Below are positions 11,300 through 22,535 of a stretch of DNA of 64,000 nt, piece by piece (the stretch's first letter is position 1; the number at the start of each line of letters is the position of its first letter). This DNA is from an uncultured Methanosarcinaceae archaeon (lineage in GTDB: Archaea > Halobacteriota > Methanosarcinia > Methanosarcinales > Methanosarcinaceae). The stretch is taken from the NCBI GenBank assembly GCA_963847185.1, contig CAWJYV010000008.1:672001-736000 (forward strand), given 5' to 3'. The notes below the pieces were generated by a model. That model had not been told where the DNA came from, ran no database searches, and saw only the letters and a list, made by a program, of their open reading frames with translations. Position numbers and translations under genes: made by a program.

Positions 11300-12181
11300 T
11301 CAGATACCTAGCGTCATTCGGATTGTATTTCTAATGGCAGGAGAAAGTCCAAGAACCAGAATTACCAGTTTGATTAGCATTTTCATGTTCAAAGACTGCT
11401 TATCATCTTCAAATTGAGTATCAAGCAAGTAAAGGACCCCTATAAAGATAATAAGTTTCAATGGATACATTACCAGTGCGGTACCCGTAAGCTCGATCAG
11501 GTAGGAAGGCAGTACGTGTTTTTCATAATACCCGAGTTTATCTACTCCTATATATGTTGAAGAAGCATCCATCAGATGAACCAGCAGGATGGAGAGATTA
11601 ATGGGATCCGTGAATATCGAGGATTTAAACTGGCGAGCAATAAGGTAAAATGCAAGAGTTAATCCAGTTCCGGCTCCGATTACGAAGAAGGGAATATAAG
11701 CGTTTACCACCTGCTCAAAATGCAGCAGGACGATGAGATTTGCAAAAAACCATACAAGCCCGAAACTTGCAAAAATAAGACGATAGTCTTTCGCCAATCC
11801 TGCTTTCTGTAGCCTGATAGAAAGCCAGAGGCAAACTATGGTTACCGCAAAGACCAGGAAGTAAATGTTAGGGGTTATGAGCAGATAGGAAAATGGGGGA
11901 TGAACTATATCAGCAGGGGAATCTTCAAATATACGTAGTGAAGAGCCTGCGAGTACGAAAGGAACAACAGAAGCGATAAAGCGGGGTGTAATTTTTACTT
12001 CCAGTTTCTCGAGAAGTTTAAAAACCCCGAAAATGCAGATACCCAGTACTACTGCCCATGTGAAGGTGTTTATAATGTTATACCCTTCATCACCTTTTAT
12101 GGGCTCGAGATAATAAGTATTGATAAACTGTGAGATCTTATCTATTAAAAAACTCATTTTATCACTCATTAAAAATGGCAA
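11300..12181 (-). CDS. DUF63-family integral membrane protein
   Basis: GYNIINT, LITP, H.MDASST, YYEKH and GLSPAIRN motifs. Confidence 0.8.
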   Translation of the reverse strand: MPFLMSDKMSFLIDKISQFINTYYLEPIKGDEGYNIINTFTWAVVLGICIFGVFKLLEKLEVKITPRFIASVVPFVLAGSSLRIFEDSPADIVHPPFSYLLITPNIYFLVFAVTIVCLWLSIRLQKAGLAKDYRLIFASFGLVWFFANLIVLLHFEQVVNAYIPFFVIGAGTGLTLAFYLIARQFKSSIFTDPINLSILLVHLMDASSTYIGVDKLGYYEKHVLPSYLIELTGTALVMYPLKLIIFIGVLYLLDTQFEDDKQSLNMKMLIKLVILVLGLSPAIRNTIRMTLGI

Positions 12182-12684
12182 TATCCTAATACGATTAGTA
12201 CTTAATGTGCATAAAGTGAACTAATTTCTTGAATCAAGGAAGTAATATTTAATCTTTAACGCGGATGTTCGTCCTTATAACAGATATTTCTTTCCGGCAG
12301 TTTCACCTTAAGGAAAGGTTAAAGAGATTATATTACTATAGTTTTTATAATAATATGTTTTACAGGTACAATGTGATGAAGTTAAGAATGGAATTAATGA
12401 AGTAAGCAAGAAAATAATAAAATAAGAATGAGAATCAAAACCGGATAATCTTCTGACAAAAAGTTAGGGATGATTTTTAGAATTATATGAGATATTTGCC
12501 AGATCTGGTTAGTCAAGAATTAAGTTAATGAATTAAATTAACATATTAAAGTATCTAATAAATAATCTTAAAAGCTAAATACCCTTTAGCAGCTAAATCG
12601 ACAGCTGGATTATATTTGACTTTTCATTCATTCGGGTTTATGAGAAGCAGTTTGTTATTATCATGATTGAACACTGATGCGGGT

Positions 12685-13755
12685 ATGAAATTGATCATCA
12701 ACAAAAACAGCGCAAAATGGATGCAACTTCCCAGGGATGTACTTGTCGGGCACGGTGTGCTTGAGGAAGTTGGAGATGTTTGCAGGGATCTGAAGTTAAA
12801 AGGAAATGCGCTGATCGTGACCGGCAGCACTACTCAGGACGTTGCGGGCAAGAGGATAAGCAAGCTCCTCGAAGATGCTGGGAGCCAAATGGAGACAGTT
12901 TTGACGTGCAGAGCTAGTATGGAAGAAGTAGAAAAGGTCATGGAAAAGGCTCTTGAAACAGAAGCGAATTTTCTCCTGGGTGTTGGAAGCGGAAGGTCTA
13001 TCGACCTTGCAAAACTTGCATCAACTCGACTTGAACTTCCCTTTATTAGTGTGCCAACTGCGGCTTCTCATGACGGCATTGCATCTTCCCATGCTTCAAT
13101 TCTGGATAATGGGAAAAATACTTCAGTGAAGGCACAGGCTCCAATTGCAGTCATTGCAGACACAAAGATTATTTCTGCAGCTCCTTTCCGGTTCCTTGCA
13201 GCGGGGTGTGGGGACATAATTTCCAATTACACGGCAGTCCTGGACTGGGAACTTGCAAGCAGGCTCAGAAACGAGTATTTTGGAGAATATGCTGCAGCTC
13301 TCTCCCGCATGGCTGCCAGGGTAATTATAGAGAATGCAGACTCGATAAAGCCAGAGCATGAAACATCTACAAGGCTTGTGGTAAAGGCTCTGGTTTCGAA
13401 CGGAGTTGCCATGAGTATTGCAGGCTCTTCAAGACCTGCTTCGGGATCTGAACATATGTTCAGCCACGCTCTGGACAGGATAGCTCCAAAACCTGCGCTG
13501 CACGGCGAGCAGTGCGGGGTCGGCACAATTATGATGATGTATCTTCACGGAGGAAACTGGCAGGAGATAGGGGAAGCTTTAAAAAAGATAGGGGCCCCCA
13601 CAAATGCAGAAGAATTGGGGATAGAAGATAAATATATAATTGAAGCCCTGTTACACGCACACAGCATTCGTCCTGAGCGTTATACAATTCTCGGGAACGG
13701 GCTTACTCCTTCTGCAGCTGAGAAAGTTGCACGAATCACAAAGGTCATAAGTTGA
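12685..13755 (+). CDS. egsA: sn-glycerol-1-phosphate dehydrogenase
   Basis: [28 protein letters not shown] and HGEQCG motifs; ATG at 12685 preferred over TTG at 12667. Confidence 0.96.
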   Translation: MKLIINKNSAKWMQLPRDVLVGHGVLEEVGDVCRDLKLKGNALIVTGSTTQDVAGKRISKLLEDAGSQMETVLTCRASMEEVEKVMEKALETEANFLLGVGSGRSIDLAKLASTRLELPFISVPTAASHDGIASSHASILDNGKNTSVKAQAPIAVIADTKIISAAPFRFLAAGCGDIISNYTAVLDWELASRLRNEYFGEYAAALSRMAARVIIENADSIKPEHETSTRLVVKALVSNGVAMSIAGSSRPASGSEHMFSHALDRIAPKPALHGEQCGVGTIMMMYLHGGNWQEIGEALKKIGAPTNAEELGIEDKYIIEALLHAHSIRPERYTILGNGLTPSAAEKVARITKVIS

Positions 13756-13996
13756 AAAGTTGTTCTTATTCAGGCTGAAGCAGAAAATCAGTCTCTATTT
13801 AATATATAAAAGAAAGAAGCTTTAAAATTTTATTTGAAAGCTTCATGACTCAGATCCTCACAAAGATCCAATTGATTCAATTTCCAATTAAAACATCATT
13901 CCAATCAACTCTAATTAAAGAATTATTCGGGATAAGCTCCAGGTATCCCTTGTGAACTGGATATATACCCGAAAACAATTAAATGGAAGAGCTATT

Positions 13997-14446
13997 ATGA
14001 CAGAGAGCGATACTAAAATAACACTTATCGGTTCACGGCTTGCAAGAGAAGGGCTGGAATTCATATTCAAAGGTGAGATGCCTGAATGTAAAAAATGCAG
14101 GCTAAAAAACACCTGCCTTAACCTTGAACCAGGACGCAGGTACAGAGTCGAAAGAATCAGGAGCAATGATATTCATGAATGCTTCCTGCACGACAGCGGT
14201 GTACTTGCTGTGGACGTGAGCAGAGCTCCAATCCTCACCACAATGGAATCAAGAAAAGCAGTTGACGGGGCGAAAATTATGTATGAGCCTCCCAAATGCG
14301 GCAAAAAAGATTGCAAGGTGTACGAGATCTGCCACCCAGAGGGGCTTTCAAGAGGGGATAAATGTAAAATTGTAGAAGTACTTGAAAGCCTTGACTCCAA
14401 GTGCGAGGCCGGCTATTCCTTGAAAAAGGTGAAACTGGCCAGGTAA
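13997..14446 (+). CDS. UPF0179-family Cys-rich protein
   Basis: ITLIG..LA..G.EF, CxxC, LEPGRRY and CHPEG motifs. Confidence 0.85.
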   Translation: MTESDTKITLIGSRLAREGLEFIFKGEMPECKKCRLKNTCLNLEPGRRYRVERIRSNDIHECFLHDSGVLAVDVSRAPILTTMESRKAVDGAKIMYEPPKCGKKDCKVYEICHPEGLSRGDKCKIVEVLESLDSKCEAGYSLKKVKLAR

Positions 14447-14513
14447 AGTAAGCGAACATATAATAGTAAGATTGATTATTAATAAATAAAAAAGGTTAAA
14501 AGCGGTGTTATAA

Positions 14514-15146
14514 GTGCCTGAACATAGAATGAACCAGGTCCCCTATGAGTTTTACACCCAAAAGCGCTGGGAAAACTGGCTCGGACGGGCAAAAGAGAGC
14601 GGTTTCCATATAAAGGAAACGGAAGAAGAAGCAGGGAAGGAAAGTGCCATATTTGTCAATATGGTTGACGATGTTATCCTTGCCTGTCTGAAAGTGATTG
14701 CACGCTTTGAAAAGGGTATGCTCTCCAAAGAAAAAGCCCTAGAAATTCTTGCGGAGATCCGGGATATTGTACTTTCCGAAATTGAACCAATTTCCGAAGA
14801 CGTGGATCTGATGATAAATTCGATCCAGACCTCTCTTATGGGCGCTTTTGTCGCCTTTGAATGCTATGTTATGGGTGACTACGATGAAGGGGTAGATATT
14901 GAGGACCTTATAAAAGCAGCTGTTGAAGCTGAGTCTTCAGAAGACCTTGAGCTTGCTCTTGATTTTACTGCACAGTGCGGTGCACACATACTTAAAGGAA
15001 AAAGCCTGCCTGAAGAGCTTATGGCAGAACTTCCCTATGGTATTGTTGCTGAATGGCTTGATGGGATTGATTCTATCTCGGCTGCGATGGTAGGAAGCGA
15101 CAGTTATAAGGAATTTGATGAAGACGACGACGAAGACGCCATCTGA
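14514..15146 (+). CDS. DUF2150-like conserved protein
   Basis: FYTQKRWENW N-terminal motif; acidic helical protein. Confidence 0.7.
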   Translation: MPEHRMNQVPYEFYTQKRWENWLGRAKESGFHIKETEEEAGKESAIFVNMVDDVILACLKVIARFEKGMLSKEKALEILAEIRDIVLSEIEPISEDVDLMINSIQTSLMGAFVAFECYVMGDYDEGVDIEDLIKAAVEAESSEDLELALDFTAQCGAHILKGKSLPEELMAELPYGIVAEWLDGIDSISAAMVGSDSYKEFDEDDDEDAI

Positions 15147-15286
15147 ATAACTTTTTCAAAGGATTCCTTTCAATTTTTTTGAATAATTGGGAATCCTTGA
15201 AAAAAAGTAAATTGGCACGGTAAATAATAAATTTATAATTCTCAAATAAATTGACAATTTTAAAAATTTGTAAACACTGAACGATT

Positions 15287-15364
15287 AAGTTTTTAATCAA
15301 ATAATAAATTTAGAATTAAATAAGAAGTTTTTAATCAAATAATAAATTTAGAATTAAATAAGAA
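15287..15364. repeat. Perfect 38-bp tandem duplication in a convergent intergenic region
   Basis: AAGTTTTTAATCAAATAATAAATTTAGAATTAAATAAG at 15287-15324 and 15325-15362. Confidence 0.9.
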
Positions 15365-15418
15365 ATTTAAATTATGTTATAGTAGTTTAAATTTATATTC
15401 TGCGCTGAATTCTTGTTT

Positions 15419-16624
15419 TTAATTACTTTTTTCTGCCATTGGCCCTTGTTTTTCAATTACCCCTTGTTTTTCAATTACCTTTCTATAGACATCAAGAGTT
15501 ATTTCAGCTATTGTTTTCCAGTTGTATTTCTTTTTGAGAAGCTCGTACCCTTTTTCCCCCATCCTGTTGTGGCCAAGCCCTTCAAGAACATAATTGAGAC
15601 CCCAGGCAATAGAAGAGGGTTCCTTATGAGCAACAATTCCTGTCCTGAAGTTATCAATCAGGGCGACTGCATCACTTGCAACTACAGGTTTTTTTGCATC
15701 CCAAGCTTCAAGCACCACTATTCCGAAGGGCTCATTCCGGCTTGGCACACACACAAGATCACAGGCATTAAACCAGTCTATCACAGTGTTATCCGGGGCA
15801 TATCCAAGGAAATTGCAGGAATCTCCAATCCCAAGCTTTTGAGCCTGATATTCGCAGTGAGCGCGCATTTCCCCTTCCCCTATGAGTACAAACCTGGCAT
15901 CTCTCTTTTTAAGGACTTTTGCCGCAGCTTCCACAAGCAGGTCTGGCCCTTTCTGATATGCCATCCTCCCCGTAAAAAGTACCACTGGGAGGTACGGATG
16001 GATTCCATAATTCCTTTTAATTTTTCCTGCGTCGATTTCCCTTTTTATTTTTCCCACGTTTATACCATTAGGGACTTCCCAGAGCTTGTAATCGGGAATT
16101 TTGTAGATATGCCGGACTTCATCCTTTAGTATGGTAGAGGTCGTGACAACTTCTGAAGATTCGTATCCTCCGAGCCATTCCCTGTGTGAAATTTCCTTTG
16201 CCTCCCACCAGTCTCCATGGCGGTTTCCATTACGTCCCCATTCAGTGCTGTGGAAAGTAATTACAAAGGGAAGTCCAAACTGGGTTTTAATTCTGCAGAG
16301 AACATTCACAGGATGCCAATCGTGCCCATGAAGAATATCAAACTCTCCTGCTTTTTCTCTGACATCCAGAAAGCGACAATACATACCGTCGCACATTCTG
16401 TTCATCTGCTCGACTATTCCCCCTGTTTGCTCACAGGCAATCCTGTGATAGTGAACCCCATTGATGATTTCATCATTGTCTTCACGGGCTCGGGTAAAGA
16501 GATGAACCTCATGACCTTCTGCTGCAAGAGCATCAGAGAGTTCAGATACATGAGGGGAAATCCCTCCTACACGTATCGAGTATAAACTTTCCCAGGTAAA
16601 CATTCCTATTCGAATCTTTTTCAT
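15419..16624 (-). CDS. Glycosyltransferase family 4 (GT-B)
   Basis: WE...VGG, HGHDW, HSTE and EPFGIVVLEA motifs; an 18-bp duplication gives VIEKQG twice at the C-terminus. Confidence 0.92.
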   Translation of the reverse strand: MKKIRIGMFTWESLYSIRVGGISPHVSELSDALAAEGHEVHLFTRAREDNDEIINGVHYHRIACEQTGGIVEQMNRMCDGMYCRFLDVREKAGEFDILHGHDWHPVNVLCRIKTQFGLPFVITFHSTEWGRNGNRHGDWWEAKEISHREWLGGYESSEVVTTSTILKDEVRHIYKIPDYKLWEVPNGINVGKIKREIDAGKIKRNYGIHPYLPVVLFTGRMAYQKGPDLLVEAAAKVLKKRDARFVLIGEGEMRAHCEYQAQKLGIGDSCNFLGYAPDNTVIDWFNACDLVCVPSRNEPFGIVVLEAWDAKKPVVASDAVALIDNFRTGIVAHKEPSSIAWGLNYVLEGLGHNRMGEKGYELLKKKYNWKTIAEITLDVYRKVIEKQGVIEKQGPMAEKSN

Positions 16625-16873
16625 AGACTCACTCGTTCCTTTTTGTCAAAACGAAAGTTAAGGACATGAGTAACGAAGAATACAGGCTTCCCCTTGCCTG
16701 TGTTATTTCTAGCCCCTCCAATTTTCTAAACTCAATCATATTATTTGTTAGTTACTGAACTCCGACCTCGAATGTCCTTAGATAACCATATATATGTCCT
16801 TAAACCCTCAGTTGACATATAATGGTAAAGGGGAGATTTAACTTTATTTATATTCTGTAAAGTCGTCTTTATA

Positions 16874-16913
16874 TTAAAATACAATCTCCGTACTTAAAAT
16901 ACAATCTCTGTAC
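16874..16913. repeat. 20-bp tandem repeat between galT and the GT4 gene
   Basis: TTAAAATACAATCTCYGTAC twice. Confidence 0.8.
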
Positions 16914-17045
16914 TTTTATAAGTTCATTCTTTTTAATCGTAATAAACATATCTTTGAGTTTTTCATGTTTTTTTGATTAGATATATGAAATTTTCTTTCA
17001 AGTTTCTCATAAGCTTCTGACACCAATTAAACTATCATATGAAAT

Positions 17046-18050
17046 TCAATCCTCAGAAAGGAAATCCCCTCTCAGGTAGGAGGCTGCCCTTTCAGGAGAA
17101 ACAGTATTGATATAAATTCCTGTATTAAACTCAAACCCTGCATTGATGCTAAGTCTTGGGAGCAAACGGATGTTAAGGTGATACTCAGGAGTTCTGTAGA
17201 GCTGGTAAAACATATGATTGAAAGACACATTTCCAAAAACTCTTTTGTAACTTTTGAGAATGGCTCGCAGCATATCAACCAGGGCAAAAAGAATTTTGTC
17301 GTTACAGTCTCCAAGAAAACTGACATGTCTCCCGGGAAGAATCCAGACTTCGAAAGGCACCGTGGAATAATAAGGGGCAAAAGATATACATTCGCTATTT
17401 TCAAATATAAGACGAGAAGAAGCTTTTTCCCGATTAAAAACTGCACAGTAGGGGCACGTTTTTCGCTCCCTGATAGCTTTTAGTTCTCTTTCAAGAGGAA
17501 GAGGGATAAACGGAAGAGCAAGGAGCTGGCTGTGAGGATGAGCTATAGAAGCCCCTGCTGCTTTCCCTGAGTTTTTAAAAAGAGAGACATAATGGATTTT
17601 CTCTCTGGAAATATAGTTGCAGGTGCGGTCTCTATAAACATGCATGAGTCCTGAAAGCTCGGAATCGGAAAAATCCTCCAGCTTTTTCCCGTGCAAAGGC
17701 GATTCTACAATAACCTCATGAAAACCATACCCGGGTTCAACCTGAAGACCAATTTCCTTACTTGCCAGAGGATTTGGAGCAGGAGAAAGGGCAGGGTAAA
17801 GGTTTGGAAAGCAGCGAAAATCCCAGCCGCGTATCCTGTTTTCAGGAGTGTCGGCAAGGATTCTCCCATTTTTATATACCGCAATGGCCAGGGGAGTCTT
17901 TTCTTCAGCCCCGCCACAAAAAATGCAGCTCTCAGAATCATTTTTTTCAGAATTTTCCGCTGATTTCGTAAAGTCTGAAGGCCTCTTAGCCCTTTCTTCG
18001 GAAATTATGCACTGTTCGGAAAGAAAGTAATGCTTTCGGATTTCTGACAT
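17046..18050 (-). CDS. galT: Galactose-1-phosphate uridylyltransferase family protein
   Basis: RAKRP, CIFC, NLYPAL, GFHEVIVE and GASIAHPHSQ (HxHxQ) motifs. Confidence 0.9.
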   Translation of the reverse strand: MSEIRKHYFLSEQCIISEERAKRPSDFTKSAENSEKNDSESCIFCGGAEEKTPLAIAVYKNGRILADTPENRIRGWDFRCFPNLYPALSPAPNPLASKEIGLQVEPGYGFHEVIVESPLHGKKLEDFSDSELSGLMHVYRDRTCNYISREKIHYVSLFKNSGKAAGASIAHPHSQLLALPFIPLPLERELKAIRERKTCPYCAVFNREKASSRLIFENSECISFAPYYSTVPFEVWILPGRHVSFLGDCNDKILFALVDMLRAILKSYKRVFGNVSFNHMFYQLYRTPEYHLNIRLLPRLSINAGFEFNTGIYINTVSPERAASYLRGDFLSED

Positions 18051-18203
18051 CGAAGGAAGACCTCACATACTTTTCATTGCTTTTTTCTCTTATTCGTTCC
18101 ATTTCTCCTTTTTGTCCTTATTATTCTTGGATTCTTTCTAAAAGGTGTCAATTATGAAATCTCTTGCAAGAACCTGTGATTTGTGATATCACCCCAGAGT
18201 ATT

Positions 18204-20000
18204 TTACTGCTTGCAGAAGCGCGACCCGCTTATCAGTTCATAATACTGTTTGGTTGGCTCCTCCCAGCCCATATCCTTTGCAAGGAGAAAGGCTTCCCTG
18301 CATAAGAGTTTGTATTTTACTCTATCTTCGATGAAATTTCGTGTGAAGTAGCTGACCGCAAGGGCATAATCAAGAACTGTTTCGTAATAAGAAAGATCAA
18401 TGTTATCCACGACTATCACCCCTCCGAGACCTTCTGTCAGAGGTTCGATAGCCTTTACAGCGTCACTAAAACCACAGACCCGGCTGACCACACTGGGGGT
18501 ACCCTCTTTTCCGGCTTCAAGCCCTGTGAGCAGGAAGGGGTCATAACGCGAGGGAAAAAGACCTGCACAGCAGCCTGCCATAAAATCCTCAACCTCCATG
18601 CCCAGCCCACCATCAGAGCTTGAGAGAATCTGGGGATATAGAATTGCTGCAACAGAACGCTTTCCCCTTACCATCTTCGAAAAGTCAAGTCCTCTGTCAT
18701 CAACCATCTGCTGAAGCCTCAGCTCATTTCCTGCAAGCACTTCTTTTGGCAGGTTGACAGGAAAACCTTCAGGGAGATTTTTCTTTGGTCCTTCCGAAGC
18801 AACAAGGAAACAGATAACTCTGATCTCTTCCTGCAAACGTCCTTCCAGAATACTGTTCGTTATTATATGCTCAAGAGCGACAAGGGAATCAAGAAGATCA
18901 TGATATCCTTTATTTTCAACCTCTATGCGAGAGATTGTAAAAATAGGAATTATTTTTTCGGGAGCTATCCTTTCTCCTCCGTGATACTTATACAGGTTTT
19001 TGGAGAGGAACTTTCGGATCGTTTCAAGATGCTTTTCTTTAAGGTTCCAGTCTATTTTATCGGATTCTACAGTTATCCCGTTTCGGATTACTATTCCATT
19101 AATACCGTAAAAAAGCCTGGCTTCCTGCCGGGTAGACTCCCCAACTGCGGTAACTGTATCAGCATATGTCGCAAGGGATTCGAGGGAGGCCAGGTTTTCC
19201 GGGACCCCAGGTGGCCATGTGCTGTCATTCGCCCTTATTTTTTGAATAGAACTATATCCTGCAGTCCTTCCAGGCAGCGTGGCATGCAGAGTTGCAATAG
19301 TATTTACCGGGATTCCAAGTTTTTTAAGTCTGGCTGGAGCATAAAATACCCCGAATTCATGACAATGAAGGGAAACTCCTTCGCAAAGTCTAAAACCATG
19401 AGCAGGAGTTCCCTGTCCGGGATCTGCGTATGTACCTGCGGAGTCCGGGCTTAGAAGAAGCCTGACAAGCTCGGAAATTGCATAGGAGAGGGAAAGATAA
19501 TGAGTATATTCAGCACCGTTTGGCATACTCTCATATTTCAGGGAATCAAGACCAAAATGTTCGTAGGCTTCAGCTTTAATTCTTCCTTCGAGGGTCATCT
19601 CCTTTCCCATATATGTTGAAGTGATTTTACTAAAATTATAGGTTTCAAACTGCAGGTACGCTATTTTTGTTTTCCTTACGACTTTTTCTCCTGTAAACAC
19701 TTTGAGACCCGAGCTTTCAAGAGACTCCAGGCTTTTCCTGAGTTCCCCGCCAATTTTAAGAGCTCCAAATTCCCCCATATTCGTAATTCGGTTAAGTCCA
19801 CGGTTCCAGTCTGCTCCCATGTGCCCATAGTAAGGACCTACAACAAGGATTTGTGTTTCTTCTTTTGTTTCCAGTGTTCCAGAATTAAAGAGAGCAGCAA
19901 GTGTATGTGCTTCTTCATTAATGACATTCCAGATTCCGCCCATCTTGTTCGATTTAGGGCCTGCTTCTTCTCCGGCAATTATGACAAAGTGCTTTCCCAG
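18204..20000 (-). CDS. GT3-like glycogen synthase; probable CTG start at 20000 (ORF track starts at ATG 19943)
   Basis: NKMGGIWNV, HCHEF, HATLPGR, RIEVENKG and FPSRYDP motifs; the frame stays open upstream as LGKHFVIIAGEEAGPKS. Confidence 0.8.
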   Translation of the reverse strand: MGKHFVIIAGEEAGPKSNKMGGIWNVINEEAHTLAALFNSGTLETKEETQILVVGPYYGHMGADWNRGLNRITNMGEFGALKIGGELRKSLESLESSGLKVFTGEKVVRKTKIAYLQFETYNFSKITSTYMGKEMTLEGRIKAEAYEHFGLDSLKYESMPNGAEYTHYLSLSYAISELVRLLLSPDSAGTYADPGQGTPAHGFRLCEGVSLHCHEFGVFYAPARLKKLGIPVNTIATLHATLPGRTAGYSSIQKIRANDSTWPPGVPENLASLESLATYADTVTAVGESTRQEARLFYGINGIVIRNGITVESDKIDWNLKEKHLETIRKFLSKNLYKYHGGERIAPEKIIPIFTISRIEVENKGYHDLLDSLVALEHIITNSILEGRLQEEIRVICFLVASEGPKKNLPEGFPVNLPKEVLAGNELRLQQMVDDRGLDFSKMVRGKRSVAAILYPQILSSSDGGLGMEVEDFMAGCCAGLFPSRYDPFLLTGLEAGKEGTPSVVSRVCGFSDAVKAIEPLTEGLGGVIVVDNIDLSYYETVLDYALAVSYFTRNFIEDRVKYKLLCREAFLLAKDMGWEEPTKQYYELISGSRFCKQ

Positions 20001-20227
20001 GTTCGAACCCCCCCAGAAACTTCCTTTTATCTAGTTCTAATATATATTTTGATTTGCCTGTTAATATTAAAACCTATCAATTAAAAAAGAAATTTAGAAA
20101 AGACTTCAAACCATGCTGAGAATAAATTGCAATCAAGAGCTGTGGTTTTGCACACAACCCTGAAAAGAGAAAAAATTCAAAAGCCAGAAAGTACAGAAGA
20201 AAGTGCTGCTAGGTGCTGGCATTAAAC

Positions 20228-21049
20228 TCAGGTACCGGTATCAAACACTGAAGCCTTTGTTTTTGTATAACAGCTCTCAACAAGCTGCATGGTCGCATCA
20301 AGATCTATGATCTCAAAGTCAAAAAGTGTGGAAAATTCAAGGACTGCTGCTTCAAAATTTTCCTCATAGGCATGGCCTGTATTGATCCTTGCAACCCTTT
20401 TATAGCCCGCATAATCAAAAATGAATTTTGACATGGAGATATCGTCCGGGTTCTGGCTCAAGCCTGCAGTTCTTATCATCTCCCTCCAGTTTACAGCCCA
20501 CATAGGCGTCAGGAAAAAAGTTCCTACCCCTTTGCAGCTTTTCAGGGCTTTGAGGTACTGTCCCCTGCCTCCAAGCACAGCCCCTATGCAGTCATCCACA
20601 ATTTCTCCGTTCTCTTCCTTGAGAATGCAGACTTTACAGTTGTGGGCTTTGAAGTCTTCTTCGATTTTTCCAAGCACATTTCCACAAAGCCCGTAAAAGA
20701 GCAGGATCCCGTCCGAGCGAGGGGCCAGGAGCTCAACCTTTGAATAAACGGTTTTTTTAAGGTTTTCAGGAATTGCGTGCAGGGCGAGTTCAAGCATATA
20801 TACGATCAGGATAAAACCCTGTTCTCCTCCTGTTTCTGGCTTTCTCAGGATGTCTTCAAGAGGAAGGACTGTATAAGGGATTCCTGCATCTGCAATTTTT
20901 CTTGTAATGCCGGTACAGTCTTCGTTTTCAACTACAAGCACTTTTTCAATCTCAGGGTCATTTTCAAGCAGGTGAATGATCTCATCTTCAAACATCCTGC
21001 ACCCGATTATACTCATCACTGGCATGTCTAACTCCTCTGGAATGTGCAA
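20228..21049 (-). CDS. DUF1638 domain protein
   Basis: LALH..P..L, YGLCG, DDCI..LGG and TFFLTP.W motifs. Confidence 0.8.
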   Translation of the reverse strand: MHIPEELDMPVMSIIGCRMFEDEIIHLLENDPEIEKVLVVENEDCTGITRKIADAGIPYTVLPLEDILRKPETGGEQGFILIVYMLELALHAIPENLKKTVYSKVELLAPRSDGILLFYGLCGNVLGKIEEDFKAHNCKVCILKEENGEIVDDCIGAVLGGRGQYLKALKSCKGVGTFFLTPMWAVNWREMIRTAGLSQNPDDISMSKFIFDYAGYKRVARINTGHAYEENFEAAVLEFSTLFDFEIIDLDATMQLVESCYTKTKASVFDTGT

Positions 21050-21129
21050 CTTTTCATATTTTCATTTTTAGAGATGGAGTCCCTTAAGGTTTTCATATAA
21101 TCTGCAGAATAGTATTTTTCAGAATCACT

Positions 21130-21196
21130 AAACATTAATAGTGCTTCTTTAGAAACATTAATAGTGCTGCTTCAGAAACATTAACGATGCTCTTCG
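21130..21196. repeat. Three ~23-bp tandem repeats upstream of the DUF1638 gene
   Basis: AAACATTAATAGTGCTTCTTTAG / AAACATTAATAGTGCTGCTTCAG / AAACATTAACGATGCTCTTCG. Confidence 0.8.
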
Positions 21197-21683
21197 AAAT
21201 TATTTTATCTTCAAAATTATATTCTCTGGAAAATACGTATCATGAATTACTACAAATTTCAGCCATTAGCATTTATTATTGGCTTTCTACAAGCCAGGCT
21301 TTCACCTTAAAAATATCCAGCTATTATTTTACCTGTGTCCTTATATATCCTAGCGTTATAAAAATACACTAATTAATTGTCAGGTATATTTCGATAACTT
21401 GGTTTGAGTTCTTCTGATTTTGTAGAATGGCAGGATGCAGGCTCAAATCTTTAGCCTCAGGATGTGCAGAAGACCTTGTTTTCTTCGTATTCTATAAAGG
21501 AAACAGTACCATAACAGGGCATTTTGCTAACTATGAATAATTTTGTCCTTGAAGATTCTGCAGTTAAATGTTACCTACATGGGTATAAGCTCTACCTGAA
21601 TTTCTAAAGAATATTTCTATTGAGGGAAATAATAACCCCGCAGAAAGCAAAAATATGCTTATCAGGTCTTTTATCGGGATTTT

Positions 21684-22535
21684 TCAGCTCCAGGCCTGAT
21701 AATAACCTTCTTTTTTCAGGATTTTTATAGGAAGAGAGAAAAGTTCCGAGAGATTTGCATCTGTCAGGATTTCTTCTTTTTTCCCATCCCTGAAAACCTT
21801 TCCTTCCTTTATAAGCACCACACGGCTGATTTCAGGAATAACGTCCTCAAGGTTGTGAGTTACCAGAATCACACTTTTTCCTGAGTCTGCAATCTTTCGT
21901 ATGATTTCGCGGAAGCTGTGCAGGGCTTTTAAGTCAAGGCTGTTTGCAGGTTCGTCCAGAACAAGGGCCAGAGGGCCGTGCACAAGGGCTCTCCCTATAA
22001 GAACCCTCCTGGCTTCTCCTGAGGAAAGCTCACACATCAACCTATCTGCAAGGGCAGAAATTTCAAGAAAATCCAGGATATCCCGTGCTTTTGCCTCCAT
22101 TTCCGGAGTGACTTCATGGTTGTAGTAAATTCCTATGCTGCTAAAAAATCCGGAGAGTACTACATCAAGTACCCTGATCTGGCGGCAGCAGGTCTGCTGG
22201 AGGTCTCCGGAAACAATTCCGAGAAGCTTCCTGAGCTCAAAAACATGCCAGGTTTCTTTGCCCATTATTTTCAGAACAAGCCCGTCTGCTGCTGCAAGAG
22301 GGTGATATTCTTTTGTAAAGATCTTGATAAGGGAAGATTTTCCCGAGCCATTGGGACCTATAATTGCAATATTTTCCCCCTGAGCAATAGAAAGAGATAC
22401 CGAATCAAGAACTCTTTTTCCGCTCTTGACAACAGTTACATTTTTCAGTTCAAGCAGGGAAGGGGATTTTTCCTGCCTTGAAAAATTCGTATTTTGATTC
22501 ATTGCTATTTTGGTCCTTTTTATTTGAGTGATCAT
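21684..22535 (-). CDS. ABC ATP-binding protein (ModF/YlmA-like); true start may be ATG 22502
   Basis: GPNGSGKS, LSSGE, LVLDEP and VTH motifs. Confidence 0.9.
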   Translation of the reverse strand: MITQIKRTKIAMNQNTNFSRQEKSPSLLELKNVTVVKSGKRVLDSVSLSIAQGENIAIIGPNGSGKSSLIKIFTKEYHPLAAADGLVLKIMGKETWHVFELRKLLGIVSGDLQQTCCRQIRVLDVVLSGFFSSIGIYYNHEVTPEMEAKARDILDFLEISALADRLMCELSSGEARRVLIGRALVHGPLALVLDEPANSLDLKALHSFREIIRKIADSGKSVILVTHNLEDVIPEISRVVLIKEGKVFRDGKKEEILTDANLSELFSLPIKILKKEGYYQAWS

